A stretch of 64,000 bases of DNA from NCBI GenBank assembly GCA_964611205.1, contig CAZSZB010000003.1, positions 23,764-87,763 on the forward strand, read 5' to 3'. Position 1 is the stretch's first letter, and the number at the start of each line of letters is the position of its first letter. The translations under genes were made by a program, and so were the position numbers. The stretch comes from an uncultured Candidatus Saccharibacteria bacterium (lineage in GTDB: Bacteria; Patescibacteriota; Minisyncoccia; Phycocordibacterales; UBA918). This document shows, piece after piece, positions 51,239-60,334 of this stretch. Below the pieces are notes generated by a model, which saw only the letters and a list, made by a program, of their open reading frames with translations, was not told the DNA's origin and did no database searches.

Positions 51239-51673
51239 ATGAATTTAATAAACAGATGGCATGACATTCTCAATATGCCCAAACTTGACGAAGTTTGGCA
51301 TAGACAAGATATGTCAGATGAACTAGCAGAATATGAAGAAGCTTGTGGTTTTTTAAATAATTGGAGTGAATTATCAGATGTTGTCTATACTTATAGTCGT
51401 GCAAGGTGGTCTGGACACACCACAATATATTTTCCACTCTCTAAAACAAAATTATTTTTTGGTGTTATATATATGATACCTAAGTACACATTACGTTGGC
51501 GATTTTTCCGTAAAATAGGTCATCAGTTTGATAAAAATCTTAATATTTCAGAAGTTCGTAACCCTAAAAAAATTGAAAAACTGAAAAAGATTGCTAGTAA
51601 GTACGAACTTGATCCTGAAATATTTGTAATAAAAGCTGAAAAAATGCGTCGAAGGACAATTTTATTAAAATAG
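51239..51673 (+). CDS. hypothetical protein, possible MazG-like fold
   Basis: DELAEYEEA...SELSDVVY acidic motif. Confidence 0.5.
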   Translation: MNLINRWHDILNMPKLDEVWHRQDMSDELAEYEEACGFLNNWSELSDVVYTYSRARWSGHTTIYFPLSKTKLFFGVIYMIPKYTLRWRFFRKIGHQFDKNLNISEVRNPKKIEKLKKIASKYELDPEIFVIKAEKMRRRTILLK

Positions 51674-51712
51674 TTTATTTACTCCTTAGCTTTTAATTAT
51701 GTAAACAGTTCT

Positions 51713-54142
51713 CTAAAGATCCCTCGTTATTTTCAAGTTTACAGAATTTTGTTTTTGTTCTAAAAAACGACCGATGCGTCTTTTTGAAAATTCTGTAGTA
51801 ACAAAATACAGTGCAGTAAGTGAGAGAATTAGACCTAGGTCAGAAAAAGATGGTCTGACAAACCCAAAGTAATAAGCGGTTAATGGGATGAACGGAATAA
51901 GGAGAGTAGTCACAAATGCTCCTAGTGATAGCCATATAATACTCTTAGCTGGCGGGCCTGCTTTTTCAATAGGTAACATAGAACGAATGGAAAAAATCAG
52001 TACTAGTTCAGTTAGAATGCTTGCTATGAACCAGTTAGTTTGCAAAATACTGGCTCCTTCTTTGTAGAATAAACCGAACCATAAAAAGTCGAATACTGTA
52101 CTCACTAAGCCAACTGTAATAAAAATAATATAAAGAGTTTTAAAATCGTATTTCTGTGGATGTTGGATTTCGTTTTTATTTACTCGGTCAAAGGCAATAG
52201 CCATTAAAGGAAAGTCAGATAGTAGATTCAGTAATAATAATTGTTTCGGCAGCATTGGTAAAAAAGTAATGAAGAGGGAACTAATTGCCACTGCATAGAA
52301 ATTACCAAAGTTGGCAATCAAAGTAGTACGGATATATTTCAAAGTGTTGGCGTGGGTTTCTCTACCAATCTGAATACCGTCAATAATGACTCGCAAATCT
52401 GATTTTAATAAAATAATATCCGCTGTCTCTCGTGATACATCTGAAGCTGACTTGACCACTAGAGCTACGTCAGCTGTTTTTAAGGCTGCTGCATCATTAA
52501 TTCCTTCTCCTAAAAATCCGACGGTATACTGCTCTTTAAGTAGTTGAATCAAAGTCACTTTTTGTTCTGGGGTTGTCCGGGCGAAAACACGAATAGTGGA
52601 TAGTCGCTCAAATTGTTCAGTAGTTGATAGAGCAAAGAAGGCATTAGCCTCGATTGCTTCTTCAGGTTTGGTCACCAAATTCACTTCACGTCCAATGGCT
52701 TCAGCTACCCGCAGAGAATCGCCAGTAATGATAGTGACAGCCACATTCAAGTCGCGGGCTTGGTTGAGAGTTTTTATAGTGGTACTTTTTAAGGCATCAG
52801 AGAAGGAGATAAAGCCACCAAATGAAGCACCCGAACCAGTATCGTAACTTACACCTAAAATACGCCGACCAAGTTTCTCTTCTGCCTCTAGCCACTCTTC
52901 CACTAGCGCCTGATCGATTAGTCCTTGTTCAATAAAATATTCCGGAGCCCCACGACGAATATGTATTTGGTTTCCGCGAGCATCTTTTACGATGGCACCA
53001 TTGCTGCGTAAAGCAGGTTCGAAAGCCTCCTCGGTAACCAACTGATATTCTTCCAAATGAGACTTTTGTTCGGCACTGAGTGCACTTAAAGTAGCTCGGT
53101 CAAATGGTTCAGGATTGGCTTTGTGAGTACTGTTAACAGTTAGTGCAGAGAGAATGAGTGGGTGCCACCGACTATCAGGTATAAGATAGTCATTTTGAAA
53201 TTCCAGTTCGTTTTTTGTAATGGTACCAGTTTTATCGGTGCATAAAAGTTCGATTGAACCAAGATCTTGGATAGAGGATAGGCGTTTTACAATCACGCCT
53301 TTCTTTACTAGCTTTAACGCACCATTTGAGAGGGAGAAAGCCATCACTAAAGGTAGAGCTTCGGGGATGACTGATATAGCCAAGGCGATAGCAAAGATAA
53401 GTAGGTGGGGGATATCAGCTGCACTGCCATCAATTAAAATATTAGCTAGAACAACAAATAATAACGTCACTAAAGTTACTCGCAGTATAAAGGTACTGAT
53501 GCGATCGATACTCTTTACATTATGGCTCTTACTCTCGATTGCGGAAGTCTTTTTAAGAATTTGAGCTAGTCTAGTATTTTTTCCAGTAGCTATTACTTCA
53601 GCGAAGGCTAAGCCTTTCACTACAACAATTCCTTGGAGAATTAAAGATTCATCGGTTGCGTCATCACTGCTGGCGTGTTTAGTAACAGGAATACTTTCAC
53701 CGGTGAAAGTTGTTTCGTCCACCTGAAAGCCAGTAGTAAAACGTATAACACAATCGGCTGGCACTATATCTCCCGACTCGAGTTTTATGATATCTCCAGG
53801 CACTAGTTCTGAAACTGGTACCTCTTTATCTGTGTTATTTCGTCTAACAGTAATAGACCGCGCTAGGTATGATTGTAGTTGACTGGCAGTGGCGTTTGAT
53901 TTGTACTCTTGAAAAAAACTGAGTCCAATACTTAAGACAACAAACACGAGAATGAAACTAGCGTCAAATGGCTCTTCTAGCATATAGGTAATTGCTGAGG
54001 CCAATATTAAGAGAATGACAAAGATACTTTTGAATTGCCGAGCAAGCAACCGTAGAGTTTGGTACTTAGGTTGAGGGATTTCATTTAACCCAAATTCAGC
54101 TTGCCGCTGAGTAATTTCTTTTGTGGTTAGTCCAGGGAACAT
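51713..54142 (-). CDS. P-type ATPase, MgtA-like
   Basis: TGES, PEALP, CTDKTGT, TGD, FAR..PEQK, ANFGN. Confidence 0.92.
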   Translation of the reverse strand: MFPGLTTKEITQRQAEFGLNEIPQPKYQTLRLLARQFKSIFVILLILASAITYMLEEPFDASFILVFVVLSIGLSFFQEYKSNATASQLQSYLARSITVRRNNTDKEVPVSELVPGDIIKLESGDIVPADCVIRFTTGFQVDETTFTGESIPVTKHASSDDATDESLILQGIVVVKGLAFAEVIATGKNTRLAQILKKTSAIESKSHNVKSIDRISTFILRVTLVTLLFVVLANILIDGSAADIPHLLIFAIALAISVIPEALPLVMAFSLSNGALKLVKKGVIVKRLSSIQDLGSIELLCTDKTGTITKNELEFQNDYLIPDSRWHPLILSALTVNSTHKANPEPFDRATLSALSAEQKSHLEEYQLVTEEAFEPALRSNGAIVKDARGNQIHIRRGAPEYFIEQGLIDQALVEEWLEAEEKLGRRILGVSYDTGSGASFGGFISFSDALKSTTIKTLNQARDLNVAVTIITGDSLRVAEAIGREVNLVTKPEEAIEANAFFALSTTEQFERLSTIRVFARTTPEQKVTLIQLLKEQYTVGFLGEGINDAAALKTADVALVVKSASDVSRETADIILLKSDLRVIIDGIQIGRETHANTLKYIRTTLIANFGNFYAVAISSLFITFLPMLPKQLLLLNLLSDFPLMAIAFDRVNKNEIQHPQKYDFKTLYIIFITVGLVSTVFDFLWFGLFYKEGASILQTNWFIASILTELVLIFSIRSMLPIEKAGPPAKSIIWLSLGAFVTTLLIPFIPLTAYYFGFVRPSFSDLGLILSLTALYFVTTEFSKRRIGRFLEQKQNSVNLKITRDL

Positions 54143-54253
54143 CTGTAAAGTATAGCCAATTATAAAAGTTATTCATCTTAAGGGGGTTAGCAGTTTGCTT
54201 TCTAAAATTAAAAGACCGATAGCAAAGCTGTTGGTCTTTTAATTTTACCAATG

Positions 54254-54325
54254 TGCCCCCACCAGGAATCGAACCCAGATCAAGAGCTTAGAAGTCTCCT
54301 GTTTTATCCATTAAACTATAGGGGC
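54254..54325 (-). tRNA. tRNA-Arg(UCU)
   Basis: Cloverleaf, anticodon loop CTTCTAA; one anticodon-stem mismatch; no encoded CCA. Confidence 0.88.
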
Positions 54326-54526
54326 AACAAACCCAATATATATGTTCTGGGCAGAGATACAATAGCAAATTATGGTGAGAATTTAAACCAAAGCAGACGG
54401 GAGCTTCGCCCCCGTCTGCTTTGGTTTAAATAATTTAGTTGTTTTATCCAGAAAAAAGAGCGGGTCAAACAAGTGATATAAATATTGTGCTTGTGACACG
54501 CTCTTGAGTTTTTCTGATCTGGCCGC

Positions 54527-54691
54527 CTATTCAGCAGCCAGATCAGGTTGCTCCGGTATCTTGGCAGGTTCGGAATACTGTTCCTCCACCAGCTCGAACT
54601 CTCGGCTGCCCTCGGTGAGATTCCCGTGGGTTATGGCGTCGGCTAACTGAGGATATTTGTCCGCAATCAGCTTAACTTCTTTGTGGCACAT
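54527..54691 (-). CDS. 54-aa small ORF
   Basis: AGGAGG SD; MCHKEVKLIADKYPQLADAITHGNLTEGSREFELVEEQYSEPAKIPEQPDLAAE. Confidence 0.55.
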   Translation of the reverse strand: MCHKEVKLIADKYPQLADAITHGNLTEGSREFELVEEQYSEPAKIPEQPDLAAE

Positions 54692-54893
54692 TTTATCCTC
54701 CTGTCTGTCTATGCCCTGACCTCACTATAACTGCTGTGGGGTGAGATTTTCTCCTGACTTTGTGGATAAAGAAGTTAATTAATTAGTGAAAAGAAAATAA
54801 AGCCCAAACTGTAAAGATTATCGATTCTTAGAATAGTATCGTAACTGCAAATAATACAGATTGACCCACGAAAGATGCAAATCAATCCGTGGG

Positions 54894-55028
54894 TCAGATC
54901 AGGCGGTTCGAATCTTGTATTGATTGCCAGCACTGCCGGCAAAGAACATGGTCTTTATCTGGGGGAGGTCCCCAGCGACCCTGTATACAAACTCGAATTC
55001 TCCGACCACATTCGCAGTATCTAGACAT
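54894..55028 (-). CDS. 44-aa Cys-rich (zinc-finger-like) small protein
   Basis: AGGGAG SD, TTGACA-16-CATAAT promoter; MSRYCECGRRIRVCIQGRWGPPPDKDHVLCRQCWQSIQDSNRLI; hairpin after stop. Confidence 0.6.
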   Translation of the reverse strand: MSRYCECGRRIRVCIQGRWGPPPDKDHVLCRQCWQSIQDSNRLI

Positions 55029-55119
55029 AACGATCTCCCTACGACCGTGGTTGTCTCTTTATTATGAATATAATTGATAGCTTGTCAATTAATTATTTTC
55101 CTACCCGAGTATTTGTATA

Positions 55120-55356
55120 ATTGTGGGGTCAAGTTTCTAATTCGCTTTGCTCATAAGAACTTCCTCCTCGGACTCGACTGTTTCCTTTAAAGGGAGCGAA
55201 AGATTTGAATCTTACAGATTCGGTACACCTTTTGGGGGTTTTAATTCGCTTTGCTCTTAAAACTCCACAAAAGCTTTTCAAATCTCACGTAACAGTGTGT
55301 AAGCACTGTTACTTCATCGCGCACAAGAAAAACCGCCAAAGGCGATTTTCTAATTG
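55120..55356 (-). repeat. tRNA-Val-matched structured element
   Basis: Inverted tRNA 3' copy with inserted hairpin 55277-55326; scaffold like 34177-34310. Confidence 0.75.
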
Positions 55357-55429
55357 TGCGCGATGAGAGATTTGAACTCCCGACCTTCGCAGTGTAAATG
55401 CGCTGCTCTACCAACTGAGCTAATCGCGC
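55357..55429 (-). tRNA. tRNA-Val(UAC)
   Basis: Cloverleaf, anticodon loop TTTACAC; no encoded CCA. Confidence 0.93.
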
Positions 55430-55741
55430 AGACGTGTTGTCTGTGTTTTTTTGTAAAGAGTGTATGTAATACGCCTCCTCACAGGAGCTGTACAGGTTAT
55501 CAGTATTTTTCGTAAACTTAAAATATCAGGTAACCTCTTGCGAAGTGACGTTAGGTCACTTCTCACTCCACCACCTTCGCTAATTACGCGTCGGCACCTG
55601 TAATAGGTACGTCCACGTTCTGAATGTGTGGCAAAAAGTATAGCGTATATAAGACTAAATGCAATAGTTTTACTATTTAAACGATAAATATATTAGGTAA
55701 AAATGGAGGTCGATCCCCAAAGGGATCGACCTCCATACTTG

Positions 55742-55831
55742 TTACCGACTCTTGCCTTGACGCCAGGGTGTGCGTCCCTGATTGTTGTGTTCGGTTTCGT
55801 CACGAGCTCGAATCGGTGTACCAAGAATCAT
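55742..55831 (-). CDS. 29-aa small ORF
   Basis: GAGGAGG SD; MILGTPIRARDETEHNNQGRTPWRQGKSR; strong hairpin ~55703-55736. Confidence 0.45.
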   Translation of the reverse strand: MILGTPIRARDETEHNNQGRTPWRQGKSR

Positions 55832-55914
55832 CTTTGCCTCCTCTGTTGCTGATTCCTCCGCTCCATATATTTTATAAGTCGATTTCTGTTTATTTGCAAG
55901 GTATACTTCAACCC

Positions 55915-56187
55915 ATGATGGAAATTCATTGTGTGGTTAGTGGTTTGGTACAGCAAGTGTCTTACCGTACCTACGTACAAGATTCGGCAACTTTGCTCGG
56001 TATTTGTGGTTGGGTAGAGAATCTTCCAGATGGTACAGTAGAAGTATTAGCTCAGGGGGAAAAGGATTTGCTTAATGATTTTGTGGAATATCTACACGAA
56101 GGTTCACTTAAAGCAAAGGTAGAGTCGGTGGCTGTAGATTGGCAAACCCCAAAAGTGATATATGATGACTTTTCGGTTAAATTTTAA
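55915..56187 (+). CDS. acyP: acylphosphatase
   Basis: VSGLVQQVSYR, GWVENLPDGTVE; start re-placed after TATACT. Confidence 0.92.
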   Translation: MMEIHCVVSGLVQQVSYRTYVQDSATLLGICGWVENLPDGTVEVLAQGEKDLLNDFVEYLHEGSLKAKVESVAVDWQTPKVIYDDFSVKF

Positions 56188-56937
56188 TTGTTTGTGTCTA
56201 ATAATATAGAAATTTTATTTGAGAATGATGATGTCCTGGTAGTTGATAAACCAGTTGGTTTGTTAGTGCATGAAGACGGTCATAATGAAGGAGAAACTTT
56301 GGTCGATTGGTTTTTACACCGGCAGCCAGAGGCTGCCGGCGTTGGCGAACCTGGTTATTCATCACAAGGTAAACTACTAGAACGATCGGGTGTGGTTCAT
56401 CGTCTAGATCGTAATACATCGGGGGTGATGATTTTGGCAAAAAAACAGGAGACTTTTACATATTTGAAAGATCAGTTTCAGAAACGAGCTGTTAAAAAAA
56501 CCTACATCGCATTAGTTTATGGATTGATGAAAGAAGAATGGGGAACAATAAGTAAACCAATTGGTCGTTCACCTAGTGATTATCGCAAACGGCTTTCTGG
56601 TCGGGGGGCAGTTGGTAGTATACGAGAAGCAGAAACGGATTGGCGATGTCTCAAGACAGGACAATACAATAATGAACCTTTTTCTTATTTACAGTTAAAT
56701 CCTAAAACCGGACGTACTCATCAGATTAGAGTCCACCTGAGATCTATAAGTCGTCCGGTGGTAGGGGACAATTTATATGCTGAAAGTGAGATGTCCAAAT
56801 CAAATAATCTTGAATTAGACCGCATGGCCTTACACGCACTGGAATTAAGGTTGTCCTTGCCGGGTGGAGAAGAAAAAGTATTTACATCATCAGTCCCACA
56901 TGAGTTAGCAGAGGCAATCGAATTAATAGAAAAATAG
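56188..56937 (+). CDS. RluA family pseudouridine synthase
   Basis: DKPVGL.VH, VHRLDRNTSG, TGRTHQIRVH. Confidence 0.95.
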   Translation: MFVSNNIEILFENDDVLVVDKPVGLLVHEDGHNEGETLVDWFLHRQPEAAGVGEPGYSSQGKLLERSGVVHRLDRNTSGVMILAKKQETFTYLKDQFQKRAVKKTYIALVYGLMKEEWGTISKPIGRSPSDYRKRLSGRGAVGSIREAETDWRCLKTGQYNNEPFSYLQLNPKTGRTHQIRVHLRSISRPVVGDNLYAESEMSKSNNLELDRMALHALELRLSLPGGEEKVFTSSVPHELAEAIELIEK

Positions 56938-57014
56938 GACATTGCGTGACGGCGGCTCTTATGGTAAAGTACGCCCGTTTTAACGACTATTTGTAGTTAT
57001 TAAGAGTAAAAAAT

Positions 57015-57623
57015 ATGAACACAGTAAAAGCCGGTGTCACAATCTCTCCAGTTAACATGGAGGACCGTAAGAATCTAGGTCTTAGATCTGGAGATACAGT
57101 TCGTGTACACCAAAAAATTCAAGATAAAGGAAAAACCCGACTTCAGATTTTTGAAGGTTTGGTGTTGGCACGTAAGCACGGAAGTGAACCGGGAGCTACT
57201 TTTACAGTACGAAAAGTTGCTAGTGGAGTAGGAGTAGAAAAAATCTACCCACTGTACTCACCTAATATAGATAAGATTGAGATTGTAAAAAGAGCCAAAG
57301 TTCGTCGAGCAAAACTTTACTACATACGTGAGAAGGTTGCGCGCGAGATTAAACGACAGATGCGTCGTATGAACCTAGTCGACATTTCAACAGAATCAGA
57401 GACTGAAGAAGCCAAAAAAGCTGAGGAAGCAGAAAAAGCAGCTGCCGAAGCTGCAGCCAAGGCAGAAGAAGAAGCTACAGCAGCCTTAGAGCAAGAGGCA
57501 GCAGAAAAGGAAGAGGTTGCTGCAGAAGAGACTCCAGCAGAATCAACTGAAGAAGTTGATGTTAAGGAAGAAGCTTCAGAGGCAGAAAAAACTGAAGAGG
57601 AAGAAAGCGAAAAGAAGGAATAA
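57015..57623 (+). CDS. rplS: 50S ribosomal protein L19 with acidic C-terminal extension
   Basis: GDTVRV, FEGLV, FTVRK...GVGVEK, VRRAKLYY. Confidence 0.97.
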   Translation: MNTVKAGVTISPVNMEDRKNLGLRSGDTVRVHQKIQDKGKTRLQIFEGLVLARKHGSEPGATFTVRKVASGVGVEKIYPLYSPNIDKIEIVKRAKVRRAKLYYIREKVAREIKRQMRRMNLVDISTESETEEAKKAEEAEKAAAEAAAKAEEEATAALEQEAAEKEEVAAEETPAESTEEVDVKEEASEAEKTEEEESEKKE

Positions 57624-57636
57624 TATTTTCCAAAGT

Positions 57637-57677
57637 CAGTACGAAAAACCCCGGCATGGCCGGGGTTTTTCGTACTG
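57637..57677 (+). terminator. rplS terminator
   Basis: cagtacgaaaaaccccggc / gccggggtttttcgtactg. Confidence 0.8.
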
Positions 57678-57737
57678 TAACCATGATCATGGTTCTTAAC
57701 TCCAATTACTTAATTACTTTGGGTATAATAAAGAAGT

Positions 57738-58202
57738 ATGATTGAAACATTATTTCCTTTAGGGGTATCACAATATGTGATAGGTGGTTTATTAGTTGGA
57801 ATAGGAATTGCTATTCCGTTTCTTTTAACCGGGTTAGTGGCTGGTGTCTCGACAGTCTATACATCAACTTGGTCGTATCTCTCTGGGGGAAGTTTTTTTC
57901 AGAGTGGTAAATTTATCAAGGTTAGAATACAAAGATTGTTGCTGGCAGGTGGTTTAGTTACCGGTGGAATTATATATTTGTTCTTCATAAATGATGGAGC
58001 GGTATTAATGACAGAACTAGAACCGTGGCGTTTACTACTAGGCGGAATATTGGCCGGTATCGGGACTCGAATGGCTAACGGTTGTACTTCCGGTCATGGT
58101 ATTTGTGGTAATGCGAGTCTGGAGAAATCATCTATGGTAGCAACAGTCACGTTTTTAGTAACAGGTATTTTAGTAGCATACTTAACAGCTTTTATTTTCT
58201 AG
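57738..58202 (+). CDS. YeeE/YedE family sulfur-transport membrane protein
   Basis: GIGTRMANGCTSGHGICG. Confidence 0.9.
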   Translation: MIETLFPLGVSQYVIGGLLVGIGIAIPFLLTGLVAGVSTVYTSTWSYLSGGSFFQSGKFIKVRIQRLLLAGGLVTGGIIYLFFINDGAVLMTELEPWRLLLGGILAGIGTRMANGCTSGHGICGNASLEKSSMVATVTFLVTGILVAYLTAFIF

Positions 58203-58203
58203 T

Positions 58204-58617
58204 ATGAAAAATTTCTCAATGTATGTCGGTGGGGTAGTATTCGGACTCGGTCTGGCTATTGCTGGAGCTACACAACCGGAAATAGTTCTGTCTTTTTTGC
58301 GCCTAGAAGATTTAGGTTTGGCTCTAGTGATTGGTGTGGCGTTAGTCCTCACTTTATTTGTTTTTCAAGTAGTGACCCGAGTTATGGGTAAGCCTGTGTT
58401 TGGTGGTCAGTTTGACTTGCATGACGGATTTCCAATTACCCGCGGTACGATACTGGGGTCTATTATCTTTGGTATTGGCTGGGGTATTTCTGGTTTATGT
58501 CCAGCTACTTCTCTAGCAGCTATTGGCGCAGGTAATCTTCCGGTAGTTTGGGGAGTCATTGGTATGTTTGTCGGGGCTTTCATCTACGGATCGATTCGTA
58601 GCCGGCAGAGCAAGTAA
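58204..58617 (+). CDS. YeeE/YedE family partner membrane protein
   Basis: FGLGL, IFGIGWGISGLCP. Confidence 0.88.
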   Translation: MKNFSMYVGGVVFGLGLAIAGATQPEIVLSFLRLEDLGLALVIGVALVLTLFVFQVVTRVMGKPVFGGQFDLHDGFPITRGTILGSIIFGIGWGISGLCPATSLAAIGAGNLPVVWGVIGMFVGAFIYGSIRSRQSK

Positions 58618-58688
58618 CGGAAACTACTTTAGATGATTTAAACAAACAAAACCTTTCATTCGAATGAAAGGTTTTGTTTGTTTCTTTG

Positions 58689-58772
58689 TGTCCAAGACTG
58701 GAGTTGAACCAGCACGTCCGTAAGGACACATCCCCCTCAAGGATGCGCGTCTACCAATTTCGCCACTTGGAC
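58689..58772 (-). tRNA. tRNA-Leu(GAG)
   Basis: Long variable arm, CATCC-TTGAGGG-GGATG; no encoded CCA. Confidence 0.95.
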
Positions 58773-58864
58773 TCCTGTGTTCCTATGGAGAGTTTGCTAA
58801 TTCTAAATACTTTTTGCTTTTTTGCAAATATTCTAGAATCTAAATATTTGCTATAATTTTTAAT

Positions 58865-59485
58865 ATGAATACAAAAATTGTGATGCTACTTAGCATTGTG
58901 GTGGTAATCATAGCGGCTGGATTTTATTTCTTAACAAAATCACCAGACACTAATGATGCTACCGGAACAGAAGCTGATAAAGAGGCGACTGATTCTAAGG
59001 ATTTTAAAAATAGTGGACGGGGGTCATTCGCCTCTCTTATGAACTCGGGAGAAAATATAAAATGTTCTTTTTCTACCACAGAAGAAGACGCTGTCTCCAC
59101 AGGAGTGTTTTATCATAGCGGTGGAAAATATCGAGTTGAAGCAGAAACTCAATCAGAAGGACAAACATACCAAACAAATATGATCGGCCTATCTAATAAG
59201 ACATATATGTGGGGATCGTCACCTGAAGGTGAGATGGCCTTTGTGATGTCAAACGATATGATGAACAATGACGGAGCAGTAGCGCAGTATACTGAAACTC
59301 AGGGTAGTGCAGCGGTAGATATGGAAACTGAGGCAGAGTATGACTGTGATTCGTGGCGACCAAATACTTCCGTATTTGTACCCCCAAGTGATGTAGAGTT
59401 TGTAGATATAGAAGTGATGATGAGGGAAATGTTTTCCGCAGAAATACAAGGTTTGCCAGAAGGCTTTAAGATACAAGCGCAGTAG
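58865..59485 (+). CDS. membrane-anchored extracellular protein
   Basis: N-terminal TM, C..W..F.PP.DV.F motif. Confidence 0.75.
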   Translation: MNTKIVMLLSIVVVIIAAGFYFLTKSPDTNDATGTEADKEATDSKDFKNSGRGSFASLMNSGENIKCSFSTTEEDAVSTGVFYHSGGKYRVEAETQSEGQTYQTNMIGLSNKTYMWGSSPEGEMAFVMSNDMMNNDGAVAQYTETQGSAAVDMETEAEYDCDSWRPNTSVFVPPSDVEFVDIEVMMREMFSAEIQGLPEGFKIQAQ

Positions 59486-59581
59486 ATTCTCCTACTAATT
59501 TTAAAAAACGGGCATTTTATGCCCGTTTTTTAATAGCTACAGAAGCAATATATAAACATTTTGTTTGTTATAGTTGAGCTT

Positions 59582-60214
59582 ATGAAAAAGATAAAAAATT
59601 ACGTAGTGCCGAAATATATTTATGCGATGTGGTTCACATTAGTATTGGCAATCGGGTTTGGAATTTATCTTCAAGAATGGTCGACAGTTTTTGTTAGCCT
59701 AATGACATTGGGTATATCAATCTATGTTATTTCATTAAGTCGACGGATAAAGATACGCATTCCAGCCTCACTTCTCACGGCGTCAATTATTTTTGTATAT
59801 GCAACATTATTTCTAGGGGAAGTAGGTAGTTTCTACGAACGTTTTTGGTGGTGGGATGTAATTCTACATGCTGGATCAGCTATTGGATTTGGTTTGATTG
59901 GAGCGATTATTTTGATTTTGTTATTTCACCAGGGAAAGGTAAAAACTAGTCCATTACTAGTGTCTGTCTTTGTTTTCGCGTTTGCAGTCGCCATCGGGGC
60001 AGTTTGGGAGATATTTGAATTTAGTATGGACCAGTTGTTTGGTTTGTCGATGCAAAAGAGTGGTCTGGTGGATACTATGGCTGATTTAATTGTTGATAGT
60101 ATCGGGGCTCTTCTTGCTGCTTTAGCAAGTTATGCATATTTAACTAAAGGCAGAAAATCATTTCTCACTGCCATATTAGAAGAAGCTGTTGCAATAAATA
60201 GTAAGTACGAATAG
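59582..60214 (+). CDS. DUF2238-like membrane protein
   Basis: WWDVILH, GAVWEIFEF..D, DTMADL. Confidence 0.8.
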   Translation: MKKIKNYVVPKYIYAMWFTLVLAIGFGIYLQEWSTVFVSLMTLGISIYVISLSRRIKIRIPASLLTASIIFVYATLFLGEVGSFYERFWWWDVILHAGSAIGFGLIGAIILILLFHQGKVKTSPLLVSVFVFAFAVAIGAVWEIFEFSMDQLFGLSMQKSGLVDTMADLIVDSIGALLAALASYAYLTKGRKSFLTAILEEAVAINSKYE

Positions 60215-60334
60215 GAATGTTAGTGGATAAAGGTGTCCTAGGTTTTCCTAGAACGATAGAGTAAGGAAGGTCTTAATTGTGTTTGATGGGAATATGATAA
60301 TGTTTTGCTGGTTTCTACAAATTTTAATTTAGGG

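Noticed and set aside
54500-54720. tmRNA (ORF ending LAAE with stop inside a hairpin)
   Set aside because: No tRNA-like ends (GGGG.. / TTCGA..CCACCA) found; ORF has its own SD and ATG
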